A DNA stretch of 64,000 nt from Allobranchiibius huperziae (GTDB taxonomy: Bacteria > Actinomycetota > Actinomycetes > Actinomycetales > Dermatophilaceae), in NCBI RefSeq assembly GCF_013410455.1, contig NZ_JACCFW010000001.1, forward strand, positions 324,929-388,928. The letters are read 5' to 3'. The notes below the pieces were generated by a model, which was not told where the DNA came from, did no database searches, and was given only the letters and a program-made list of their open reading frames with translations. The position numbers were made by a program, and so were the translations under genes. This document shows positions 1-9,712 of this stretch, in pieces (position 1 is the stretch's first letter; every line of letters begins with the position of its first letter).

Positions 1-1
1 C

Positions 2-403
2 AGTCCGCTGGGCGGCGGATGGCTCTCCGGCAGGTGGCGCAAGGACGCCGCCTCGGAGCCGACATCCAGCGCCCGCCCGAGCGTCCGGTTCGACATGAGC
101 ATCCCGGCCAACCAGCGCAAGCTCGATGTCGTCGAGGACCTGGCACAGCTGGCCGAGCAGGCCGGTGTGAGTCTGATCGAGATGTCGATCGCGTTCGTCA
201 TCCGCCACCCCGGTGTCACCGCGGCGATCGTCGGTCCGCGCACGATGGCGCAGTTGGAGTCCTACCTGCCTGCTGCGGACCTCACCCTCAGCGATGACGT
301 CCTCGACCGGATCGACGCGATCGTGGCTCCAGGCGTGACGGTCAACCCGGAGGACACCAGCTACGGCCAGCACGAACTCACCCCCACGGCGCTGCGTCGC
401 TGA
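2..403 (+). CDS. aldo/keto reductase, C-terminal part (5' end lies outside the window)
   Basis: ORF 95..403 is in frame with upstream sequence. The translation (IAFVIRHPGVTAAIVGPRTMAQLESYLPA) is a typical AKR C-terminus. Confidence 0.7.
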   Translation, partial: SPLGGGWLSGRWRKDAASEPTSSARPSVRFDMSIPANQRKLDVVEDLAQLAEQAGVSLIEMSIAFVIRHPGVTAAIVGPRTMAQLESYLPAADLTLSDDVLDRIDAIVAPGVTVNPEDTSYGQHELTPTALRR

Positions 404-444
404 CCGCGTCGTCGCCCCGGGCCATCCCGAACGAGGAGAGAACC

Positions 445-1323
445 ATGCAAGAGCTGACCCTGAACAACGACGTACGGATGCCCGCGATCGGGCTCGGTGT
501 GTTCCAGACACCCGCCGACGAGACGCGCAGCGCGGTCGCCGCGGCGCTGTCGACCGGATACCGCCATATCGACACCGCGGCGGCGTACGGCAACGAACGC
601 GAGGTCGGAGAAGCGATCCGTGACTCCGGGCTCGCACGCGACGACGTCTTCGTCGAGACCAAGGTGTGGATCAGCGACTACGGGTACGACGAGACGCTGC
701 ACGCGTTCGACAAGAGCGCCGGCAAGCTCGGCGTGGAGCAGATCGATCTGCTGATCCTGCACCAGGCGCTCCCTTCGGATTTCGAGAAGACCCAGCAGGC
801 GTACCGCGCCCTCGAGAAGCTGCTGGCCGACGGCAGGGTGCGCTCGATTGGGGTCAGCAACTTCATGGTCGAGCACCTCACCGCGCTCCTGGAGAAGGCC
901 GCCGTGGTGCCCGCGGTGAACCAGATCGAACTACACCCCTACTTCCAGCAGCGGGAGGTCCAGGCATTCGGCGCCCAGCACGGAATCCTCACCCAGGCCT
1001 GGTCGCCGATCGGCGGGATCACGTTCTACCGGGACGGCCAGCACACCAGCACCCTGCAGGACCCCGTGATCGGTGACATCGCGCGAGCGCACGACAGGTC
1101 GCCCGCGCAGGTGATGCTGCGCTGGCACCTGCAGGCGGGTCGCTCGGTGATCCCGAAGTCGACCAAGCCGCAACGTATCGCCGAGAACTTCGACGTCTTC
1201 GACTTCGAGCTCGGCGGCGATCAGGTGGACGCCATCGACGCCCTGGACACCGATCGGCGCGGCGGTCCCGAGCCGACCGCCATCACGCTGGAGAGCTTCG
1301 GCCGCGACATCCCCGAAGCTTGA
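445..1323 (+). CDS. aldo/keto reductase (2,5-diketo-D-gluconate reductase-like)
   Basis: 292 aa. AKR motifs: GYRHIDTAAAYGNE, IGVSNF, LRWHLQAGRSVIPKS. Confidence 0.9.
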   Translation: MQELTLNNDVRMPAIGLGVFQTPADETRSAVAAALSTGYRHIDTAAAYGNEREVGEAIRDSGLARDDVFVETKVWISDYGYDETLHAFDKSAGKLGVEQIDLLILHQALPSDFEKTQQAYRALEKLLADGRVRSIGVSNFMVEHLTALLEKAAVVPAVNQIELHPYFQQREVQAFGAQHGILTQAWSPIGGITFYRDGQHTSTLQDPVIGDIARAHDRSPAQVMLRWHLQAGRSVIPKSTKPQRIAENFDVFDFELGGDQVDAIDALDTDRRGGPEPTAITLESFGRDIPEA

Positions 1324-1350
1324 CCGGCCCTTTGTGGCGCCCGGACGCCG

Positions 1351-3138
1351 TCACCGTCCGACGGCGTACCCCTGCATGCCGCGGGGGTTGGCGCCGGCGC
1401 GCAGCACTCCCGTGGCGGGGTCGCGGGTGACGGCGCACAGCCGTCCCTCGCTCCACGCCGGTCCGAGCTGTACGCCGTGACCGCGGGCCGACAGCTCGCG
1501 CGCCACAGCCGGGTCGATCCGGTCCTCGATCACCAGCACGCCGGGCTGCATGCCGCGCGGGTAGAACGAGCTGGGGACCGCCTCGCTGTGCCAGGCGGGT
1601 GCGTCGATGGCGTCCTGTAATGCGTTGCCCTGAGCCAGGACTCGTAGTAGGAAGAGCAACTGCCACTGATCCTGTTGGTCTCCGCCCGGCGTACCGCAGG
1701 CCATGGACGGCGCGCCGTCGCGCAGCACCAGGGTGGGGCTGAGGGTGGTCCGCGGCCGGCGGCCGGGCGCGAGAGACGCCGGAAGGCCCTCCTGCAGCCG
1801 AAACATCTGTGCGCGGGTGCCGAGGCAGAAGCCGAGCTCGGGGATGGTGGGCGAGCTCTGCAACCACCCGCCGCTCGGCGTCGCCGAGATCGTGTTGCCG
1901 AAGCGGTCGACCACGTCGACGTGGCAGGTGTCGCCGCGTTGCGCGGTGGGAGCTGTCCGATCGGACACAGTGGGCTCACCGACGGTGGAATCGCCTGTTG
2001 CAGAGGCGGTTTGCCCCAATCCGTGGGGGAGCACCGGGGTCCGGCCGCCGGGGGAGCCCGGCCGGATCTCCATCGAGGCGTCCGCGCCGACGAGCGCGGC
2101 GCGCTGAGCGGCGTACGCCGGGTCGAGCAGGTCGGCGAGCGGGACGTCGACGTCGCCGTAGAACGCCTCGCGGTCGGCGAAGGCGAGTTTCATGACCTCG
2201 GTCGTGGTGTGCACGCCCTCGGCGCGGAGCAGATCCAGCTCCGACGGGTCCCCGAGCGCGTTCATCATCTGCAGCGACTGCAGCAGCACCGGCCCCTGGC
2301 CCCACGCACCGGTCTTGGCGACGGTCGCGCCCGCCCAGTCGAGGGTGACGGCGGGCTCCCAGGTGGCCTCGAACCCACCGAGGTCTTCACCGGTGATGAC
2401 GCCGGCGTGGGCCGCGCCGCTGGAGTCCAGGAAGGACCCGCGGGCGAAGCGGTCGACCGAGTCGGCGACGAAACCGTCCGACCACGCACGCCGGGCGCCC
2501 TCGATCCGGCTCACCCGGTCGGTGCCGGCTGCGGCACCCTCGGCCAGCAGGCGGCGCAGCGTCGCGGCGTACGCGGGGTTCGTCACCAACGAGCCCGGTG
2601 TGGGTGCCTTTCCGCGCGGCAGCCAGGTGCTCGCGGAGGTGGGCCAGTGCTCGGTGAACATGCCCGCCACGCGTTCGATCGTGGCGCTGACGGCGGGGAG
2701 CACGGGGTGGCCGGCCTCGGCGTACCCGATGGCCGGCTCCAGCACGTCGGACAGCTCCCAGGTGCCGTGGTCGCGCAGCAGCACCAGCCAGGCGTCGACC
2801 GCGCCGGGGATGGCCGCGGCCAGGAGGCCGGAGCCGGGCACCTGGTCCAGGCCCTCAGCGCGGTAGTGCTCGATGGTGGCTCCCGCCGGCGCCGGGCCCT
2901 GGCCGCAGAGCACCCGCGGGGTCGGGTCGTCGGCGGTGGCGACGATGGCGGGCATGTCGCCGCCGGGGCCGTTGAGGTGCGGCTCGACCACGTGCAGCAC
3001 GAAGCCGGCGCAGGCGGCCGCGTCGAAGGCGTTGCCGCCGCGTTCGAGCACGCTCATCGCCGACTGCGACGCGATCCAGTGGGTGGAGGAGACCATGCCG
3101 AAGGTGCCCGCGAGCGTGGGGCGCGTGGTGAACGTCAT
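1351..3138 (-). CDS. ggt: gamma-glutamyltransferase
   Basis: Track ORF 1351..3882. The real start is the internal ATG at 3136-3138 ([21 protein letters not shown]...), giving 595 aa. GGT small-subunit region (TTHVDVVD, TLxxxGTPGG). Confidence 0.85.
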   Translation of the reverse strand: MTFTTRPTLAGTFGMVSSTHWIASQSAMSVLERGGNAFDAAACAGFVLHVVEPHLNGPGGDMPAIVATADDPTPRVLCGQGPAPAGATIEHYRAEGLDQVPGSGLLAAAIPGAVDAWLVLLRDHGTWELSDVLEPAIGYAEAGHPVLPAVSATIERVAGMFTEHWPTSASTWLPRGKAPTPGSLVTNPAYAATLRRLLAEGAAAGTDRVSRIEGARRAWSDGFVADSVDRFARGSFLDSSGAAHAGVITGEDLGGFEATWEPAVTLDWAGATVAKTGAWGQGPVLLQSLQMMNALGDPSELDLLRAEGVHTTTEVMKLAFADREAFYGDVDVPLADLLDPAYAAQRAALVGADASMEIRPGSPGGRTPVLPHGLGQTASATGDSTVGEPTVSDRTAPTAQRGDTCHVDVVDRFGNTISATPSGGWLQSSPTIPELGFCLGTRAQMFRLQEGLPASLAPGRRPRTTLSPTLVLRDGAPSMACGTPGGDQQDQWQLLFLLRVLAQGNALQDAIDAPAWHSEAVPSSFYPRGMQPGVLVIEDRIDPAVARELSARGHGVQLGPAWSEGRLCAVTRDPATGVLRAGANPRGMQGYAVGR

Positions 3139-4091
3139 GCGTTCACAGCGGCGTTCGGCTTCATGACGCTCAGCAGCTCGTAGCCGACGTGCGAGGCGGC
3201 GATCCCGGTGATCTGCGCGTGGTCGTACGCCGGCGCCACCTCGACGATGTCGGCCGAGACGACGTTCGTGGCCTCCAGCGCTCGCAGGATCGCGAGCAGC
3301 TCCCGACTCGTCAGGCCGCCGGCTTCCGGGGTGCCGGTGCCCGGCGCGTGCCCCGGATCGAGGACGTCGATGTCGATCGAGACGTAGACCGGGGCGTCGC
3401 CGAGCCGCGCGAGCATCGCTTCGATGACCCCGCGCGTACCGAGCTCGTCGAACTGGGCGGCGTGGATGGTGGCGAAACCGAGGTCGGCGGACTCCGGCAG
3501 GTCGCGCGCGTCGTAGAGCGGGCCGCGGATCCCGATGTGCAGGCAGTGGTCCCGGTCGAGCAGCCCCTCCTCGGAGGCCCGCCGGAACGTCGTGCCGTGG
3601 GTGTGCGGGGCACCGAAGTAGGTGTCCCACGTGTCGAGGTGGGCATCGAAGTGCAGCACCGCGATCGGGCCGTACGCCGCGTGCATCACCCGCAGCAACG
3701 GCAGGGTGATCGTGTGGTCGCCACCGAGCGTGAGCAGCCGTCGTCCACCGGCGGTCAGCTCCGCCGCGTCCCGCTCTATCTGCCCGATCGCGTCCTCGAT
3801 GTCGAACGGGTTGGCCGCGATGTCGCCGGCGTCCACCACCTGCTGCAGGTCGAACGGCGCCACGTCGAGCTCGGGATTCCATGGCCGCAGCAGCCGCGAG
3901 CTCTCCCGGATGTGCGAGGGCCCGAAGCGGGCGCCGGGTCGGTAACTCACGCCGCTGTCGAACGGCACCCCGACCACCGCGACGTCGTAGTCCTCGACGT
4001 CCTCCATGTCCTCGCGGCGCGGCAGCCGCGCGAAGGTGGTGAGCCCGGCGTACCGCGGGGTCTTGCTGGCGTCAGTCGGACCGACGGGCAT
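3135..4091 (-). CDS. agmatinase/arginase-family ureohydrolase
   Basis: Mn-binding ureohydrolase motifs ([26 protein letters not shown]). Start MPVGPTD at 4089-4091. Its stop overlaps the ggt start (ATGA), which suggests translational coupling. Confidence 0.85.
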   Translation of the reverse strand: MPVGPTDASKTPRYAGLTTFARLPRREDMEDVEDYDVAVVGVPFDSGVSYRPGARFGPSHIRESSRLLRPWNPELDVAPFDLQQVVDAGDIAANPFDIEDAIGQIERDAAELTAGGRRLLTLGGDHTITLPLLRVMHAAYGPIAVLHFDAHLDTWDTYFGAPHTHGTTFRRASEEGLLDRDHCLHIGIRGPLYDARDLPESADLGFATIHAAQFDELGTRGVIEAMLARLGDAPVYVSIDIDVLDPGHAPGTGTPEAGGLTSRELLAILRALEATNVVSADIVEVAPAYDHAQITGIAASHVGYELLSVMKPNAAVNA

Positions 4092-4608
4092 CGGGGCTCT
4101 CCTGCGGGGTCGTGGCGACCGGATCGGACCCGGCCGCTCTCTGCAGGATGCTCTCACCACGTCGGGAGCGTTCGACCGTGTAGGCCGCCGCGACGGCCAG
4201 CATCGCGACCGAGATCGGCCACGTCCACCAGCCGGGGCGTTCGAGGGTCTCGACCAGCTCGAACGTCTCGTGGATGCCGATCAGGCTCGCGCCGCCGGCC
4301 ACCATCGCCCAGCCCGTCGCGCGGTTGGTGAAGGCGAAGACCACCTCCAGCTCCGCGGGCTGCAACCGGCGCATGACCTCCTGCCGGTACGCGCCCGAGG
4401 CCCGTCGGTGCAGCACGTAGCCGACCGGTGGGATCAACCACCACCAAGGTGAGACGTCCGGTTCGTCGACCCGATCCGCCGCGCCCTTCATCGCCGACCG
4501 CGCGACGTCGACGTCGAGCTCCTGCAACTCCAGCGACGCCTGCAGGATCGGGCCGGCCACCAGGAGCCACGCTCCGAGGAAGGCGCACCACGCCGTCACT
4601 TCGTGCAT
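4072..4608 (-). CDS. hypothetical membrane protein
   Basis: 178-aa ORF with about three hydrophobic helices and actinobacterial codon bias. Overlaps the agmatinase start by 20 nt. No recognisable family. Confidence 0.5.
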   Translation of the reverse strand: MHEVTAWCAFLGAWLLVAGPILQASLELQELDVDVARSAMKGAADRVDEPDVSPWWWLIPPVGYVLHRRASGAYRQEVMRRLQPAELEVVFAFTNRATGWAMVAGGASLIGIHETFELVETLERPGWWTWPISVAMLAVAAAYTVERSRRGESILQRAAGSDPVATTPQESPDARRSD

Positions 4609-4661
4609 GGAGGGGAGCCTTCCATGCTCTGCATGACCTCATGGGCGCCCGGACGAGGAAT

Positions 4662-4690
4662 GGCCGGCCCCTCGTCGTACGGGGCCGGCC
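4662..4690. terminator. 10-bp perfect inverted repeat (GGCCGGCCCC-N9-GGGGCCGGCC) just downstream of the tRNA-Ser 3' end
   Basis: Read directly in the sequence. The stem-loop position is consistent with a factor-independent terminator for the minus-strand tRNA. Confidence 0.5.
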
Positions 4691-4699
4691 ATCCGATGC

Positions 4700-4789
4700 T
4701 GGCGGAGGATGCGGGATTTGAACCCGCGAGGGGTTTCATCCCCAACACGATTTCCAATCGTGCGCACTAGGCCACTATGCGAATCCTCC
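4700..4789 (-). tRNA. tRNA-Ser (anticodon GGA), 90 nt with long variable arm and encoded CCA
   Basis: Reverse complement GGAGGATTCGCATAGTGGCC...CGATTGGAAATCG...GGGTTCAAATCCCGCATCCTCCGCCA. Acceptor stem, T-arm GGTTCAAATCC, anticodon loop tTGGAAa. Confidence 0.85.
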
Positions 4790-4871
4790 AGGCGAGCAGA
4801 GGTTACCCGGTCGCGGCGGGACTGCATAAATGAGGCGTGCCCGGTGCACCCGCCGCGGTGTCCTAGACTGT

Positions 4872-4963
4872 TCGCCGATCCCCCACGCGGTGGTACCGCG
4901 CCGAACTCCCCCAGGGCAGGAATGCAGCAAGGGCAGGCGTGCTCTTCCAGGTGCGTGGGGGGT
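4872..4963 (+). ncRNA. ffs: signal recognition particle RNA (small SRP RNA / 4.5S)
   Basis: Immediately upstream of dnaX, as in Streptomyces and Mycobacterium. Contains the helix-8 domain IV motif CCAGGGCAGGAAUGCAGCAAGGGCAGG. Terminal arms CCCCCACGC / GCGUGGGGG can pair. Boundaries approximate. Confidence 0.7.
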
Positions 4964-5100
4964 CCTTCACGTCCGGCCCGAGGCTGACAGGGTCACGATT
5001 GTCCGCAGATCCGGGTCGACGGGTGCACGAATATGCGGACAACCGATGCCACCTGTACGAGCTGGTCGCACTGACGGTCCCGGCGCATAGAGTTCCCCAG

Positions 5101-7365
5101 GTGAGCACCGCGTTGTACCGCCGATACCGCCCCGAGACGTTCGCCGACGTCATCGGCCAGGAGCACGTGACCGTGCCCCTGATGCGCGCCCTGGAGACCG
5201 GCCGGGTCAACCACGCCTACCTCTTCAGCGGGCCGCGAGGCTGCGGCAAGACCACCAGCGCCCGGATCCTCGCGCGCTGCCTCAACTGCGAGCAGGGCCC
5301 CACCCCGACCCCGTGCGGCGTGTGCGACTCCTGCGTCGCGCTGTCCCGCGGCGGCGCGGGCACGGTCGACGTGATCGAGATCGACGCGGCCAGTCACGGC
5401 GGCGTCGACGACGCGCGCGACCTGCGTGAGCGGGCGGCGTACGGCCCGGCCAGCAGCCGTTTCAAGGTCTACATCATCGACGAGGCCCACATGGTGACCA
5501 CGCAGGGTTTCAACGCCCTGCTGAAGGTCGTCGAGGAGCCGCCGGAGCACGTGAAGTTCGTCTTCGCGACCACCGAGCCGGAGAAGGTCATCGGCACGAT
5601 CCGGTCGCGCACCCACCACTACCCCTTCCGGCTGGTCCCGCCGCAGCGGCTGACCGAGTACATGGAGCAGCTCTGCGTCGCCGAGGGCGTGCAGGTCGAG
5701 CCGGGCGTGCTGTCCTTCGTGACCCGCGCCGGCGGCGGGTCGGTGCGCGACTCGCTGTCCGTGCTCGACCAGTTGATCTCCGGATCGCAGGACGGCGGCC
5801 TCACCTACGCCGGGGCGGCCGCGCTGCTCGGGTTCACCGACGGTGAGCTGCTCGACGCCACCATCGACGCGCTCGCGGTGTCCGACCCCGCCGCGACCTT
5901 CCGTCAGATCGGCCGGGTCATCGAATCCGGCCACGATCCGAGGCGATTCGTGGAGGACCTGCTCGAACGGCTGCGCGACCTGATCATCGTCGCCGCCGTC
6001 CCGGACGGGGTCGCGCAGGTGCTGCGCGGAGTGCCGGAGGATCAGCTCGAACGGATGCGCCAGCAGGCCGCCGCATTCGGCGCCGAGACCCTGGCCCGGG
6101 CCGCGACCATCGTCAACGCCGGCCTGACGGAGATGACCGGGGCCACTGCCCCGCGGCTGCAGCTGGAGCTGATCTGCGCCCGCGTGCTGCTGCCGGGGGC
6201 GAGCGGCGAGGAGGGGTACGCCGCGCGGCTGGACCGTCTCGAACGCCGCCTCGCGATCGGCGCCGTGCCGGGCGCCCGGCCCACCGCGTCCGCGTCCGAA
6301 CCGACCACTGCGCAGCCCTCGACACCCGCACCGGAGCCGTCGAACCCTGAAGTCCCGGTGCCCCACCCGCCGCTGGAGCAGCCGACACCACCCGCCGGAC
6401 CGGCCGATCCGGCTCCGGCGCCGGCGCCGACACCCACCCCGGAGCCGACGCCCGACCCCGAGCCGTCGCCCGTGCCCGACCCCACGACCGTCCCGCATCC
6501 GAGTCCCGCGCCCGACCCGGACATGCCGGACGAACCTGACGAGGCCGGAGCAGGCGGCGAGCCCGTCGACGTGCGGTCCGAGGGGCGCGACATCCCGGAG
6601 GTGGCCGACCCCGTGGGCGTCGCACCGGGCGGTGCGGGCCAGGGACCGGGTGGGCCGCCGTCGGCCCAGCAGTCGGCTGTCGGGGGAGGGCTCGACACCG
6701 ACGCGATACGCCGGGCCTGGCCGGATGTGCTCAACGCCATCGCGCGAATCAAGCGGGTGACCTGGGCCCTGCTGAGCCAGCACGCCCACGTGCTGGAGTA
6801 CGACCCACCGCAGCTCGTGCTCGGGGTGAGCAGTCCCGGGCTGGCGCAGACCTTCGAGCGGGGGTCGCACCGCGACGTCGTACGCCAGGCGCTGCAGGAG
6901 GCCCTCGGCGTGACCGTGACGGTGACGGCCCGCACCGACAGCGGCGCACCGACCGGCACGCCGCAGCCGGACGATCTCGCCCCGGCGCGGCCTGCCCAGC
7001 GTGCCGATCCCGGCGGACAGCAGGACGCGCAACCGGCCGCACCTGACACTGGGGCGGAGACGTCGGACCCGCAGCCCGCGGCACCCGTGGCCGCGCGCCG
7101 CCCCCAGCGCTCCGCGCCGCGCAAGCGGTCCGAGCCCGAGGTCGAGCCGGGCGGATGGGGCGCGAGCAGTGCGCCGGCGCCGAGCTGGGCCAGCGAGCCC
7201 GCCGCGCAGCAACCAGCGGCCGGAGCGTCCGCGACCGCCGTCCCGATGGCCGATGAGGACGAGGGATCACGAGACGACGAGGACGTCGAGGACGCCGGTG
7301 AGGTCGGCATCCCCGTGGTGACCTCGATCCTCGGTGGCGTGGTCATCGAGGACCAGCGGGACTGA
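5101..7365 (+). CDS. dnaX: DNA polymerase III subunits gamma/tau
   Basis: GTG start giving VSTALYRRYRPETF. AAA+ Walker A (GPRGCGKTT), Zn module CGVCDSC, long Pro/Ala-rich linker, C-terminal tau domain. The track ORF 4939..7365 starts upstream inside the SRP RNA. Confidence 0.9.
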   Translation: MSTALYRRYRPETFADVIGQEHVTVPLMRALETGRVNHAYLFSGPRGCGKTTSARILARCLNCEQGPTPTPCGVCDSCVALSRGGAGTVDVIEIDAASHGGVDDARDLRERAAYGPASSRFKVYIIDEAHMVTTQGFNALLKVVEEPPEHVKFVFATTEPEKVIGTIRSRTHHYPFRLVPPQRLTEYMEQLCVAEGVQVEPGVLSFVTRAGGGSVRDSLSVLDQLISGSQDGGLTYAGAAALLGFTDGELLDATIDALAVSDPAATFRQIGRVIESGHDPRRFVEDLLERLRDLIIVAAVPDGVAQVLRGVPEDQLERMRQQAAAFGAETLARAATIVNAGLTEMTGATAPRLQLELICARVLLPGASGEEGYAARLDRLERRLAIGAVPGARPTASASEPTTAQPSTPAPEPSNPEVPVPHPPLEQPTPPAGPADPAPAPAPTPTPEPTPDPEPSPVPDPTTVPHPSPAPDPDMPDEPDEAGAGGEPVDVRSEGRDIPEVADPVGVAPGGAGQGPGGPPSAQQSAVGGGLDTDAIRRAWPDVLNAIARIKRVTWALLSQHAHVLEYDPPQLVLGVSSPGLAQTFERGSHRDVVRQALQEALGVTVTVTARTDSGAPTGTPQPDDLAPARPAQRADPGGQQDAQPAAPDTGAETSDPQPAAPVAARRPQRSAPRKRSEPEVEPGGWGASSAPAPSWASEPAAQQPAAGASATAVPMADEDEGSRDDEDVEDAGEVGIPVVTSILGGVVIEDQRD

Positions 7366-7368
7366 CCT

Positions 7369-8040
7369 GTGCTCTACCGCGCCGCCAAAGGCACCGTCTC
7401 ACCCGTCGTACGCGCGCTATGGCGCCCGCAGGTCGAGGGCGCCGACAACGTGCCCCGCCAGGGGGGAGTCCTCCTGGCGAGCAACCACCTGTCCTTCATC
7501 GACAGCGTGGTGATCCCGTTGGTCGCCCCGCGCCAAGTCCGCTTCCTGGCGAAGTCGGACTACTTCACCGGCACCGGCGCGAAGGGCACGGCCTCACGCC
7601 TCTGGTTCGAGACGATGGGGATGATCCCGGTCGAGCGCGACGACTCCCAGGCCGCCGCCAAGTCGCTCGAACTCGCCCTGCGGGTGCTGGCCGCCGGGGA
7701 TGCCTTCGGCATCTACCCCGAGGGCACGCGCTCGCGGGACGGACGTCTCTACCGCGGGCACACCGGTGTCGCCCACCTGGCCATGACGGCAGGTGTGCCG
7801 GTGGTGCCGGTGGGTCTGATCGGCACCGACAAGGTGCAGCCCGTCGGCGACAACCGGGTGCACCGGGAGCGGTTCACGGTGCGTTTTGGCACGCCGATCG
7901 ATCCGGCGGGCCGGTGGTCCGGTGTGCCCGCCGGCCGGGCCCGACGTGAGCTGACCGACGAGGTCATGGACGCCATCGCCCGGTTGTCCGGGCAACCGCG
8001 CGCCACGGCGTACAACGAACGGCCCTCCACCGTCGCGTGA
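7369..8040 (+). CDS. plsC: 1-acyl-sn-glycerol-3-phosphate acyltransferase family
   Basis: HX4D motif (NHLSFIDS) and FPEGTRS motif. 223 aa. Confidence 0.8.
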   Translation: MLYRAAKGTVSPVVRALWRPQVEGADNVPRQGGVLLASNHLSFIDSVVIPLVAPRQVRFLAKSDYFTGTGAKGTASRLWFETMGMIPVERDDSQAAAKSLELALRVLAAGDAFGIYPEGTRSRDGRLYRGHTGVAHLAMTAGVPVVPVGLIGTDKVQPVGDNRVHRERFTVRFGTPIDPAGRWSGVPAGRARRELTDEVMDAIARLSGQPRATAYNERPSTVA

Positions 8041-8070
8041 TTCACCGTCGTTGCCGCGAGAGTCTTGTCG

Positions 8071-8091
8071 ATACCTAGATAATCTGGGTAT
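8071..8091. promoter_or_regulatory. AT-rich near-perfect palindrome ATACCTAGAT-A-ATCTGGGTAT upstream of padR (putative autoregulatory operator)
   Basis: Arms of 10 bp with one mismatch, 10 bp upstream of the padR start, in a locally AT-rich stretch. Confidence 0.4.
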
Positions 8092-8100
8092 GGTCCGAGC

Positions 8101-8424
8101 ATGGGAACCGATCTTCTGCGGGGGCACCTGGAAGGGCTCCTGCTGGCCGTCCTGGTCGACGCGCCCGGTCACGGATACGCGCTCAGCCAGCGGCTCGGCG
8201 AGCGCAGCGGCGGCACGCTCTCGGTACCGGAGGGGTCCCTCTACCCGGCACTGCAGCGCCTCGAGCGCGCCGATCTGGTGACGAGTGCGTGGAGCGTCAC
8301 CGACGGGCGGCGCCGGCGCGTCTATCGACTCAGCCCGGCCGGGCGCCGGGCGGCGACCCGTTCCGCGCAGGAATGGCAGGCCTTCTCGGCGGCGGTGGAC
8401 CGCGTGATCGGGGGACTCGCGTGA
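8101..8424 (+). CDS. PadR-family transcriptional regulator
   Basis: 107 aa winged-helix (LLAVLVDAPGHGYALSQRL...GSLYPALQRLERADLV). Confidence 0.85.
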   Translation: MGTDLLRGHLEGLLLAVLVDAPGHGYALSQRLGERSGGTLSVPEGSLYPALQRLERADLVTSAWSVTDGRRRRVYRLSPAGRRAATRSAQEWQAFSAAVDRVIGGLA

Positions 8425-9275
8425 GCTCCGTCGAGGACTACCTGGACGAGCTGCGGCGCCTGCTGCGGGTGCGCGGATCCGTCCGACGCCGGCTGTTGGC
8501 GGAGTGTCGCGACCACCTCGAGGACTCCGCTGCCGCGGTGGGGCCGACAGAGGCCGTACGCCGCTTCGGCGACGCCGCCGAGATCGCGGCGTCGCTCGAC
8601 GCGGAGGTCGCCACGCGGCGAGCCCAGCGTGCGACTCTCGCCTCCGCCGTCGGGGTCATCGCGGTCGGCGGTTCGACGCTGGTCGTGCTGAACTCCACGA
8701 CCGCCGCGACGACCGGGTCGATCGGCTGGGCGGTGACCTTCTTCGCCGCCGCACAGGTCGCCATCGTGTCGCTCGTGCTGGCGGTGGTGCAGGCGGGCGC
8801 CCTGCGCGGTCGGCCGGCGAGCGCCGGGGAGGTGTCGTTGCTCTGCGCCCGGAACGGCTGCGCGCTGCTCGCCGCGGCGGTCACCCTGTTCGCGGCCGCC
8901 GGCGCGGTGCCGGGGCGCGGCGCGGCGGTCCTCATCCTCGGCGGGCCCGTCCTCGCCGCCCTGGCGGCCGCGAGCGTCCTGCGGGCCCGATCGGTCATCC
9001 GCGGCTACCGGCGACCGGGGGATCGGCCGGTGCGGTCGCCGCTCGCCGACCTCGGTGCGCTCACCCACCTCTCACTTCCGGAGGTGGGCCCCGGTCGGTT
9101 GCTCGTGTCGACCGCGCTCGTCGCGGCTGCGGCGGCCTTCGCGCGCGACCGGGCCGAGCACTCGGCGGTGCCCGCCGCTCTCACGACGGCGGGGGTCGAG
9201 ATCATGCTGGTGGTCCTCGGGATGGCGCTGCTCGGGCCGGCGCTCGGCCTGCGCGCGCGATGGCATCACCTCTGA
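8421..9275 (+). CDS. membrane protein partner of PadR (DUF1700-like architecture)
   Basis: GTG start overlaps the padR stop (GTGA). Soluble N-terminal helical domain followed by multiple TM segments. Confidence 0.6.
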   Translation: MSSVEDYLDELRRLLRVRGSVRRRLLAECRDHLEDSAAAVGPTEAVRRFGDAAEIAASLDAEVATRRAQRATLASAVGVIAVGGSTLVVLNSTTAATTGSIGWAVTFFAAAQVAIVSLVLAVVQAGALRGRPASAGEVSLLCARNGCALLAAAVTLFAAAGAVPGRGAAVLILGGPVLAALAAASVLRARSVIRGYRRPGDRPVRSPLADLGALTHLSLPEVGPGRLLVSTALVAAAAAFARDRAEHSAVPAALTTAGVEIMLVVLGMALLGPALGLRARWHHL

Positions 9276-9285
9276 CGCCGAGCGC

Positions 9286-9636
9286 TCAGAGATCGCCTGC
9301 CATCCGGGTCAGGAACGGCACGCAGGCCGCGCCCAGCGGCGTCGCCCAGTAGTAGACCCAGGTGCCTCGGCGCTCGCAGTCGACCAGGCCGGTATCGCGC
9401 AGCTTGCGCAGGTGATGGGAGACCGTCGGCTGAGAGACGCCGGCGTCGGGGATGTCGCAGACGCAGACCGGGTTCGGATGCGCGGCGATGTGGCTGAAGA
9501 GCAGCAGCCGGATCGGGTCGGCCAACCCCTTGAAGACGTTCGCCACGTCCTCGCAGCGGTCGGCCGTGAGGGGCCCCTCGCCGGGCGCCACGCGCGCCCG
9601 AGGGCCCGCCACATCGCGTACCGGGATGAACGTCAC
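9286..9636 (-). CDS. arsR: ArsR/SmtB-family metalloregulator
   Basis: HTH LADPIRLLLFSHIAA...GVSQPTVSHHLRKLRDTGLV and a CVC metal site. GTG start chosen at 9634-9636 to give 116 aa. The track ORF extends to 9792 into the arsM start region. Confidence 0.8.
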   Translation of the reverse strand: MTFIPVRDVAGPRARVAPGEGPLTADRCEDVANVFKGLADPIRLLLFSHIAAHPNPVCVCDIPDAGVSQPTVSHHLRKLRDTGLVDCERRGTWVYYWATPLGAACVPFLTRMAGDL

Positions 9637-9712
9637 CCCTCTATATTGACAAATATCGAACCAGCGCGCCACCCTCTCTGCATCGACGTGTATCGAAGCA
9701 AGGAGCAGTCCC
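9637..9712. promoter_or_regulatory. divergent arsR / arsM promoter-operator region
   Basis: Contains a TTGACA hexamer, a TATATT stretch and a TATCGAA direct repeat (AAATATCGAAcc ... GTGTATCGAAgc) between the divergent arsR and arsM starts. Confidence 0.4.

Noticed and set aside
1675-3183. 502-aa plus-strand ORF, and the 843-aa extension of track ORF 1351..3882
   Set aside because: It is antisense to and overlapping ggt, and the translation is a low-complexity Arg/Gly/Ala-rich product typical of high-GC frame artefacts. The real ggt starts at the internal ATG at 3138.
6300-6650. Pro/Ala/Glu-rich low-complexity stretch in dnaX as a repeat element
   Set aside because: It is the known flexible linker of tau between domains III and IV, in frame within dnaX.
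4993-7212. 739-aa and 434-aa minus-strand ORFs
   Set aside because: Antisense to dnaX, with Arg/Gly-rich nonsense translations. GC-driven open frames.
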